From the IMG/VR virus record IMGVR_UViG_3300044646_001664: a stretch of DNA of 64,000 nucleotides; one strand, given 5' to 3'. This document shows positions 56,955 through 64,000 of the stretch, in pieces. Under the pieces are notes generated by a model. The model was not told the origin of the DNA, did no database searches, and saw only the letters and a program-made list of their open reading frames with translations. Source of the DNA: an uncultured virus (IMG/VR IMGVR_UViG_3300044646_001664). Its lineage: Duplodnaviria; Heunggongvirae; Uroviricota; Caudoviricetes. Positions within the stretch are counted from its first letter, which is position 1. Every line of letters starts with the position of its first letter. The translations under genes were made by a program, and so were the position numbers.

Positions 56955-57923
56955 GTGGGATCCTTGGCTAATATAGTATTTCTAGGCAACTTTGAAGTGC
57001 CTTATAGTAGTGAGAATCATCATGCTAAGTCTTTGGAATCTCTTGGCCATACCGTGCAAAAACTGCAAGAAAAAAAAGCAGGTAGCACAGAAATATTAAA
57101 CGCAGCATTAAACTCTGATCTATTTATCTGGGTACACACACATAGATGGCAGACTCCAGGATCTAGATCTATGACTGATGTACTAAAAGAATTAAAGGCT
57201 GCTGGCATACCAACTATGACTTATCACTTGGATTTGTGGTTTGGAATTGAGCGTGAAAAAGATTTAAAGAATGATGACTTCTACACAAACATAGGTCATT
57301 TTTTTGCTACAGATAAGTTAATGTGTGATTGGTTTAATAAAAATACAGAAGTTAAAGGACACTTCTTGCCTGCTGGTGTGTATGATAAAGAATGCTACGT
57401 TCATCAAGATTACGATCCACACAACTTTGAACATGACATAATTTTTGTTGGTAGCAGAGGGTATCACCATGAGCATAAATACCGTCCACAACTAATAGAT
57501 TTCTTACGAAAAACATACGGTAAAAGATTCCTACATGTTGGTGGCGATGGAGATACTGGAACTGTGCGTGGAGAAGCGCTTAATCGCATCTATGCAAGAA
57601 GCAAAGTAGCCATAGGTGATAGTTTAAACATTAACTTTAACTATCCGTACTACACAAGCGATAGACTATTTGAAAGCACTGGTCGTGGTGGTTTTACTAT
57701 CTATCCTCGCATCAAGGGGCTTGATGAATATTTTGAAGATGGTAAAGAAATTATATTTTATGAACATGGTAATCTTGAAGATCTTAAACAAAAAATAGAT
57801 TACTACATCTTAGATGGATTAACCAGGGAAGAAATAAGGATTGCTGGTCATGAACGGACTAAAAAAGAACATACATATGTTCATAGATGGGCAAGCATAT
57901 TAGAAACTTTAAACATAAAATGA
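56955..57923 (+). CDS. Glycosyltransferase (CgeB/Glyco_trans_1_2-like)
   Basis: DIIFVGS, SDRLFE..G.G, HTY.HR. Confidence 0.8.
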   Translation: MGSLANIVFLGNFEVPYSSENHHAKSLESLGHTVQKLQEKKAGSTEILNAALNSDLFIWVHTHRWQTPGSRSMTDVLKELKAAGIPTMTYHLDLWFGIEREKDLKNDDFYTNIGHFFATDKLMCDWFNKNTEVKGHFLPAGVYDKECYVHQDYDPHNFEHDIIFVGSRGYHHEHKYRPQLIDFLRKTYGKRFLHVGGDGDTGTVRGEALNRIYARSKVAIGDSLNINFNYPYYTSDRLFESTGRGGFTIYPRIKGLDEYFEDGKEIIFYEHGNLEDLKQKIDYYILDGLTREEIRIAGHERTKKEHTYVHRWASILETLNIK

Positions 57924-58807
57924 AATATTTAGTTACTGGTGGTGCTGGTTTTATTGGATCAAACCTTGTTGATAAGTTAATTAGTCTTGGTCACGAGGTT
58001 ATTTGTATTGATGATGAGTCTGCAGAATGTCATGAGCAGTTCTATTGGAATAATAAAGCACAAAATTATAAGCATGACATTTGTGATTATGACCTAATTG
58101 CACCACTCTTTAAAGATGTTGACTGCGTATTTCACGTAGCATCTGATGCAAGAATACAGCCAGCAATATTAAATCCAAAAAAATCTATTCAATCAAACGC
58201 AGTAGGAACAGCCAATGTTCTTGAACTCTGTAGGGTTAACAAGGTAGGTAGACTAATCTATTCAAGCACATCCTCTTCTTATGGTAAAAAGGCTTTGCTT
58301 CCAAACCAAGAAACACAATCCCCTGATCCACTAACCCCATACTCTGCTGCTAAAGTTTTTGGTGAAAACCTTGCAAGAGTTTACTACAACCTTTATGGAT
58401 TAAAGACTATATCCCTTAGATATTTTAATGTTTATGGAGATAGACAACCATTAAAGGGGCAGTATGCACCAGTAATAGGATTATTTTTAAAACAACATCA
58501 TGAGTCAAAGCCACTAACAGTAGTTGGCGATGGCTCTCAACGTAGAGATTTTACTCACATATCAGACGTAATAGAAGCAAACATCCTTGCATCTGAGGTT
58601 GAAAATGGATTTGGTGAAGTGTATAACATTGGGTATGGAAGTAACTACGCTATACTTGATATTGCTAATATGATTTCAAATGATATTAAATTTATACCGC
58701 CAAGAATTGGTGAGGTGCAAGAAACTCTTGCCTCTAACGCCAAGTTTAAAGATCTAACTGGATGGATACCAAAAGTATCATTAGTAGAGTGGATACAGAA
58801 TGACTGA
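57920..58807 (+). CDS. NAD-dependent nucleotide-sugar epimerase/dehydratase
   Basis: TGGAGFIGS, YSAAK, LRYFNVYG, GDGSQRRDF. Confidence 0.92.
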   Translation: MKYLVTGGAGFIGSNLVDKLISLGHEVICIDDESAECHEQFYWNNKAQNYKHDICDYDLIAPLFKDVDCVFHVASDARIQPAILNPKKSIQSNAVGTANVLELCRVNKVGRLIYSSTSSSYGKKALLPNQETQSPDPLTPYSAAKVFGENLARVYYNLYGLKTISLRYFNVYGDRQPLKGQYAPVIGLFLKQHHESKPLTVVGDGSQRRDFTHISDVIEANILASEVENGFGEVYNIGYGSNYAILDIANMISNDIKFIPPRIGEVQETLASNAKFKDLTGWIPKVSLVEWIQND

Positions 58808-59513
58808 AATGATTAAGGCTACTGTTAACGGGGAATTTGAAATAATGTTACCAAAGCATCGTGCAGATAGACCAGAATGGTATCAACCACATGGTTGGGA
58901 AAAAATTAGATTAAAATCAATGCATGAAAATATTGGTAAAGGCGATGTTGTTTACTATGTTGGAGCAGAAGAAGGAGAGATGCCTGCCCTATGTCAAATG
59001 TGGGGAGCAGAAGTTGTTTTATTTGAACCTAATCCAAAGGTTTGGTCACACTTTCCTTTGCTTTGGAGTGCTAATAATTTAGAAAAACCAATTGCATGTA
59101 TTCCTGGGTTTGCATCAGATAAAGATAATAAACTTGCACGTATTTATTATGGCGAGTTTCCACCAGAAGCAGATGCTCCTATTGAGGCTGCTCATGGATT
59201 TAAAGAACTGCAGTATGAAGCAGATAAATATGGTCAAACAAAAATTGATACGCTTGTATATGAAAAAAGAATGAAGCCGCCTACTGCAATTTCTCTTGAT
59301 GTTGAGGGTAGTGAATGGAGGGTCCTAGGAGGGGCTGAAAGGGTCCTTAGAGAGCACAAACCTAAGATTTGGCTATCTGGACACCCAGAATTTATGATGA
59401 TCTATTGGAAAGAATATTTGCATGATTTAAGACAGTTTATTAAGGGTATTGGCTACAAAGAAACATTGCTTGACTATCAACATGAAGTACACTTATATTA
59501 TGAGCGATCTTAA
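58800..59513 (+). CDS. FkbM-family methyltransferase
   Basis: VGA..G, FEPNP, LDVEGSE..VL.G. Confidence 0.8.
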   Translation: MTEMIKATVNGEFEIMLPKHRADRPEWYQPHGWEKIRLKSMHENIGKGDVVYYVGAEEGEMPALCQMWGAEVVLFEPNPKVWSHFPLLWSANNLEKPIACIPGFASDKDNKLARIYYGEFPPEADAPIEAAHGFKELQYEADKYGQTKIDTLVYEKRMKPPTAISLDVEGSEWRVLGGAERVLREHKPKIWLSGHPEFMMIYWKEYLHDLRQFIKGIGYKETLLDYQHEVHLYYERS

Positions 59514-60354
59514 AGCATATCTTTATTCAGTTAAACAAGAAGATTGTGCTGCTGATAAATGGGATTACGGTTTATTAAAACAATTTTTTAATAAAAATAA
59601 TATTAAACCAGATAAGGTAACAATTTTACCTAACACAGATAGAGCCTTTGTTGTTATTCCTGGACCACAAAATGTAGACTATGAAGATAAAATATCTGAA
59701 GAGTTAAACAAGATAGGTAGAGTAGTTTTGTTTATTACTGGAGATGAAAGTGCTACATTTAAAGTTGATAAGATAAAGCATAAAAATATTGAAATTTGGA
59801 TTCAATACCCACACAGAAAACATTCACAATATAATAAATTAGCATTGGGTGTGCCAAGAGATTTACACAAAAATTTGCCAAAGTATCAAGATAAGTTATA
59901 TGATGTATTTTTTTCAGGGCAGATAACTCATCAAAGAAGACAAGAACTTGCAACTGTTATGCCTAACATACCCAATTCTTTTTATAATCCAACTACTGGT
60001 TTTGCAGAAGGACTAAAACCAAAACAATACTATGACAAAATGTCTTTATCAAAGATTGTTCCTTGCCCTAGCGGGGCGATGGTCATTGATTCATTTAGAT
60101 TTTATGAAGCAATTGAAATGCTTTGCTTGCCAATAGGAGACAAGTTAGACTCAAAAATGCAAAATACAGATTTTTTTAATTTTGTATTTGAAGATAATCA
60201 TTCAGTAAAAACTGTTGATAATTGGAATCACTTGGTTGACTTGTTACCTGAACTATTAAATAATTATACATCTGAAATGCATCAGATTGTTTGTTGGTGG
60301 ATTAAATATAAAAGAGATCTTTTTATTAAGTTAATGAGGCAAGTAAATGCATAA
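59500..60354 (+). CDS. Exostosin/GT47-like glycosyltransferase
   Basis: FFSGQ, Y...M..SK..PCP.G...DSFRFYEA. Confidence 0.7.
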   Translation: MSDLKAYLYSVKQEDCAADKWDYGLLKQFFNKNNIKPDKVTILPNTDRAFVVIPGPQNVDYEDKISEELNKIGRVVLFITGDESATFKVDKIKHKNIEIWIQYPHRKHSQYNKLALGVPRDLHKNLPKYQDKLYDVFFSGQITHQRRQELATVMPNIPNSFYNPTTGFAEGLKPKQYYDKMSLSKIVPCPSGAMVIDSFRFYEAIEMLCLPIGDKLDSKMQNTDFFNFVFEDNHSVKTVDNWNHLVDLLPELLNNYTSEMHQIVCWWIKYKRDLFIKLMRQVNA

Positions 60355-61108
60355 AAGGGATATAACAATTGTCATGGCTACATCTGTAGTTTTAGATCAT
60401 CCAAACACAAAAATGATAGATCAAACCATTAGTGATATTCGTGTTCATTTTCCAGACAACGAAATTATTATGCAAATAGATGGTCTTAGAGAAGAACAAC
60501 AAGATCGTAAAAAAGATTACGATGAATACAAAAATCGTATTTTATGGAAATGTTTACATGAAGATAAAAACATATTACCTTTTATATTTAAAGAGCATAG
60601 CCATCAAACCAACATGATGCGTCAAACAATCAATGAAATTAAAACACCACTATTACTTTATATTGAAGGAGATGCTCCTTTAACTCCAGACACACCTATA
60701 GACTGGGATAAGTGCTTAGATATGTTTGAATACAATAAAGCAAATACTATTCGTTTTCATTTTGAAGCATTTATACCAAAAGATCACGAACACCTTATGT
60801 TTGGTTTAGAAGATGGGTTTATGAAAACTATACAATGGAGTCAACGACCACATCTAAGTAGAAAACAATATTATAAAGACATTGTGCTTCCAAGATGTAA
60901 AGATAAATTTTTTATAGAAGATACATTTCATGGAGCAATTCAAGATGATATATCTCCATATGGGGAATTTAATAAAGAAGGTTGGGAAACTCACAAACTT
61001 TGGATTTATCATCCTGAAGGAAACATTAAACGTTCTTATCATTTAGATGGTCGTCAAGGCGGAAGAAAGTATACTTCAGATGATGAAACTTGGGGGTACA
61101 AAGAATGA
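60347..61108 (+). CDS. GT-A-like glycosyltransferase
   Basis: ITIV..TS, TPLLLYIEGD, WS.RPH, HLDGR. Confidence 0.55.
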   Translation: MHKRDITIVMATSVVLDHPNTKMIDQTISDIRVHFPDNEIIMQIDGLREEQQDRKKDYDEYKNRILWKCLHEDKNILPFIFKEHSHQTNMMRQTINEIKTPLLLYIEGDAPLTPDTPIDWDKCLDMFEYNKANTIRFHFEAFIPKDHEHLMFGLEDGFMKTIQWSQRPHLSRKQYYKDIVLPRCKDKFFIEDTFHGAIQDDISPYGEFNKEGWETHKLWIYHPEGNIKRSYHLDGRQGGRKYTSDDETWGYKE

Positions 61109-62142
61109 GACTAGGAATCATAGCAAGATCAGACAACACTGGTCTTGGCAATCAGACTAGAGAGTTAGTTAATATGCTTAATCCTAATAAGATTCTTTTA
61201 ATTAACTCTGCCCCGTTTAATAATAATAAACAAAATCCCGATTGGTATAAAGATTACAACGTTTACTCAACCAAAAACGGTATGCCAACAAGAAAAGAAA
61301 TTGTTTGGTTTTTAAAAGATGTTGATGTAGTAATTAGTTGTGAAACCTTTTATCATTTAGACCTTGTAGATCTTGCTAGGCAACAAGGAACAAAGACTAT
61401 TCTTCAATACAACTACGAACTTTTTGGTAACTTAACAAACCCTAACTGGTCATTACCAGATGTATTGCTGTCTCCTAGTCTTTGGAATATAGAGATAGTA
61501 AAAGAAAAGTTTGGCTCTGTGTGTGATGTAATTCACTTGCCACCACCAACAAATGAGTCTTTATTTAATAAAGCAAAAGACAATAATCTTTCAAAAGATC
61601 ACAACCGCATACTTCATATTGCTGGTAAAAAGGCTGCAAAAGATAGAAATGGAACTGAAAGTATTTTTGAAATGATCAAGCACTCTAAAGAAGATTACGA
61701 ATTAGTAATTAAATCTCAAACCCCACTTAATCCAAACTGTAAAGATTCTAGGGTAAAGATTGAAATAGGTAATCCAGCCAGTAGGGAAGACATGTATGAT
61801 GGCTTTGATGCAATGATTCTTCCTAGAAGGTATGCTGGTCTTTGTTTACCTATGAATGAGGCTCTTATGAGTGCCCTGCCAGTTTTTATGACTAATGTAT
61901 CTCCGAATAATAAAATATTGCCTGAAGATTGGTTAGTAGAATCAACAAAGATAGGATCATTTAGAACAAAGTCAATGGTTGATATTTATGATATTGCTCC
62001 AGATAAATTTGCAAATATAGTTGATGGATATATTAAGAATAATAATAAAAAAGAATTTAAAGAAAAAGCATTATCGATTGGTTTAGAAAACTTTTCTATA
62101 GATAAATTAAAACAAAAATACTTAGAAATTATAAACAAATAA
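61105..62142 (+). CDS. Glycosyltransferase, GT4-like
   Basis: TGLG.QT, LPRRYAGLCLP..EAL...LPV. Confidence 0.75.
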   Translation: MRLGIIARSDNTGLGNQTRELVNMLNPNKILLINSAPFNNNKQNPDWYKDYNVYSTKNGMPTRKEIVWFLKDVDVVISCETFYHLDLVDLARQQGTKTILQYNYELFGNLTNPNWSLPDVLLSPSLWNIEIVKEKFGSVCDVIHLPPPTNESLFNKAKDNNLSKDHNRILHIAGKKAAKDRNGTESIFEMIKHSKEDYELVIKSQTPLNPNCKDSRVKIEIGNPASREDMYDGFDAMILPRRYAGLCLPMNEALMSALPVFMTNVSPNNKILPEDWLVESTKIGSFRTKSMVDIYDIAPDKFANIVDGYIKNNNKKEFKEKALSIGLENFSIDKLKQKYLEIINK

Positions 62143-62169
62143 AAAAGCCAGCCTATCTCTAGACTGGCT
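62141..62169 (-). terminator. Intrinsic terminator between convergent genes
   Basis: AGCCAG...CTGGCT with a minus-strand T-run. Confidence 0.6.
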
Positions 62170-62186
62170 ATCTTATAGAAGATTAT

Positions 62187-62453
62187 TTACTTCTTTTTAG
62201 CAGCCTTTTTTGCTGGTGCTTTTGCAGCCTTTAAAGCCTTTGCAACCTCAGCAGCATCAGGCAAAATACCAAATGCCTTATCTGCAGGATTGAGCGCTCT
62301 CAATGCAACGGGCGCTATAGCAGCAACAAGTGCAGCCCATAGATCCTTTGGATCTGTTACGCCTGCCATGTATAGTGCAAGACCTGATGCAAGAACTGAG
62401 CGACCATATGACGCTAGCATTGCCTTTGTCTTATCATTAATTAAGTTATTCAT
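62187..62453 (-). CDS. Small two-TM protein (holin-like) with Ala/Lys tail
   Basis: SYGRS.LA...P..LRALNP.D.AFG; AGGAGG RBS before MNNL. Confidence 0.5.
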   Translation of the reverse strand: MNNLINDKTKAMLASYGRSVLASGLALYMAGVTDPKDLWAALVAAIAPVALRALNPADKAFGILPDAAEVAKALKAAKAPAKKAAKKK

Positions 62454-62461
62454 TATTCCTC

Positions 62462-62620
62462 CTAGGATATAATTTGTGTCATTGTTGTAAAGCCAATCCA
62501 AATCCCAATAATTCCTGCGACTCCCGCAAAAACTGGTGGTGCTGGTACTGGCAATTTGAATGCAGCAAACACGAGACCGCACCCAAAACCTGTTAATACT
62601 GAAAGTAATATATCTCTCAT
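62462..62620 (-). CDS. XapX/DUF1427-like membrane protein (52 aa, not in ORF track)
   Basis: G..F...KLPVPAPP..AG..GI.G.W.G. Confidence 0.7.
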   Translation of the reverse strand: MRDILLSVLTGFGCGLVFAAFKLPVPAPPVFAGVAGIIGIWIGFTTMTQIIS

Positions 62621-63048
62621 GTATTTTTTATTTCTGATTCACTTGGCAAAAACTTTTTTAAATCTTTATATGCAGAAGATATTTTTTTCATACCCACGTT
62701 TAAAGGATTGCCTTCTTGTATAGAACTAAAATCATCAAAATAACTAATAGTTGGATCAACCTCTTCAACAAATTTGGTCAAACCTTTTTGAACATCCTCA
62801 ATGTATGTAAAAGCCCAGTCACGAGAGTCTGATAGAAATTTAATAAAGTTTTCTCTGTGTATGTCATTATCAGTTAACTCTTGATTTGCTTTAATAGATT
62901 CAGCATCTTGATTAAGTTTAAAGTTTTCTAAAAATAATTGAGCGGAAGTTAGACTAAGTTTTTTTAATTTATGCAATATCGCTAAATACGATATAGCAAA
63001 AGAAACAGACAACACTATAAAAAATATCAACAAACCATTTTGCATCAT
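62617..63048 (-). CDS. Membrane-anchored hypothetical protein
   Basis: N-terminal TM helix; FLSDSRDWAF.YIE.VQ. Confidence 0.55.
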   Translation of the reverse strand: MMQNGLLIFFIVLSVSFAISYLAILHKLKKLSLTSAQLFLENFKLNQDAESIKANQELTDNDIHRENFIKFLSDSRDWAFTYIEDVQKGLTKFVEEVDPTISYFDDFSSIQEGNPLNVGMKKISSAYKDLKKFLPSESEIKNT

Positions 63049-63539
63049 ACTACCCCCAATAAACTCTTCTCAATATGCGTTGCCCAATAGTATAAACATT
63101 TATCACAACAAGGTCTATTATACTCGTTCTTAGTGTCCATGTAAAACTCAGCATAGTAGATAGGGTCCTTACGATATAAGTTAGCCCTGTGAGTGATATT
63201 TACACGGTTTATGTGAGAAGGCTTGTTCCAGACTGGCTTACCAGTACCCCAAATCTGCCCACAAACAGCCTCTAGAGCCTCTATATTGGCTTCGTTCTTA
63301 TCTGTCCTTATACCCCTTGCCTTGGCCTCTTTAATCATGACCTTAGCATAGTTACGTAATGACCATTCAGCATTTTTCCACATCAATACCGCTGGATGAT
63401 TGCGCCATGCCCCTGATGGGGACTTTCCAGACAAAACCTTAAGTATCTGATAGGCTTCTAATATCTGTTTATTTAATCTTTTATTGTCTAATATTTCTGC
63501 ACACTGATCATAATCTTTATAAGGTAGGAAGGTTTGCAT
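63045..63539 (-). CDS. Pyrimidine-dimer DNA glycosylase-like protein (MSMEG_6728 family)
   Basis: MQTFLPY, LD.KRL.KQ..E..QIL, W.NHPAV.MW, HR.NL.RKDP.YY. Confidence 0.85.
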   Translation of the reverse strand: MQTFLPYKDYDQCAEILDNKRLNKQILEAYQILKVLSGKSPSGAWRNHPAVLMWKNAEWSLRNYAKVMIKEAKARGIRTDKNEANIEALEAVCGQIWGTGKPVWNKPSHINRVNITHRANLYRKDPIYYAEFYMDTKNEYNRPCCDKCLYYWATHIEKSLLGVV

Positions 63540-63799
63540 TACCTAATAGCCTCCCTAGTAATCATTACGATTGCCCCATTATCCTCTAAAGCCTTTTTTA
63601 CTCTTACCATATATTCTACAGCATGTCGCTTCTCTGTGTCAAATAGACGCATAAACATATCCTCATTAGCCTTAATGGTTATAAAATGTTCGTTATCAAT
63701 AATTTCTACCTTGAAATTTTTAGGGGCTGGAATAGAATGAAATGCCATTTTCATTTTATCTGTATACATTATTTTCTTCCCCATTGGATATAGTTCCAA
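63539..63799 (-). CDS. Hypothetical protein
   Basis: ORF coupled to its neighbours; real start probably MYTD. Confidence 0.5.
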   Translation of the reverse strand: MELYPMGKKIMYTDKMKMAFHSIPAPKNFKVEIIDNEHFITIKANEDMFMRLFDTEKRHAVEYMVRVKKALEDNGAIVMITREAIR

Positions 63800-63972
63800 C
63801 CACGCTCATGTGCGTAGTATATAAATATTTTAACAACCGTTTCCCAAAACGCAATTGTTACAGAAAGAGCAGCGTTTTTTGTTATAACATAGGCAACAAC
63901 AACAGATGAAAGAGTTCCCCATATGCGATAACTTACTGCTTTCGCAAATGATCTTGCTCTAGTTACTTTCAT
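63769..63972 (-). CDS. DUF2061-like membrane protein
   Basis: RS..KA.SYR...YY.HER.W..I.WG. Confidence 0.75.
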   Translation of the reverse strand: MKVTRARSFAKAVSYRIWGTLSSVVVAYVITKNAALSVTIAFWETVVKIFIYYAHERGWNYIQWGRK

Positions 63973-64000
63973 TATCTATATCTTCCTTAAACATACTTTT

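Noticed and set aside
62454..62582. N-terminal extension of ORF 62187..62582
   Set aside because: Overlaps the XapX-like gene in another frame; AGGAGG supports a start at 62453

Overview
Segment of a large, AT-rich (about one-third GC by eye) tailed dsDNA phage. The host is inferred to be an Actinobacterium, probably a low-GC freshwater lineage. Left part (1-38.5 kb, mostly minus strand): tail tube, neck, major capsid, prohead protease/scaffold and portal genes, a class II ribonucleotide reductase, and a long fibre/appendage block. That block is interleaved with modification enzymes (glycosyltransferases, a sulfotransferase, four prolyl-4-hydroxylase-type 2OG-Fe(II) oxygenases). Middle (about 39.3-51.7 kb): a divergently transcribed island of small early/host-takeover-type ORFs (DUF932, gp88-like, DUF4241, many micro-ORFs) plus tRNA-Asp. 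Its intergenic spacers are built from recurring modules: a covarying 3' pseudoknot, an AAAACCCGG tag, and boxes matching actinobacterial host regulators (PafBC/RecA-NDp promoters, helically phased CRP sites, DnaA boxes, a LexA box, BldC-like repeats, WhiA-like GACAC). A candidate ~200-nt ncRNA and CAAACCT repeat clusters lie at the island edges. Right part (51.8-64 kb): methyltransferases, a glycan-synthesis cluster and small accessory genes. Best leads: (1) the host-operator collage and repeated pseudoknot in the early island; (2) a plug-and-socket chain of fibre genes whose two tips (a five-propeller protein and a polyproline FN3 protein) are each followed by their own modification enzymes. 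All product calls come from motif recognition by eye; no searches were run.
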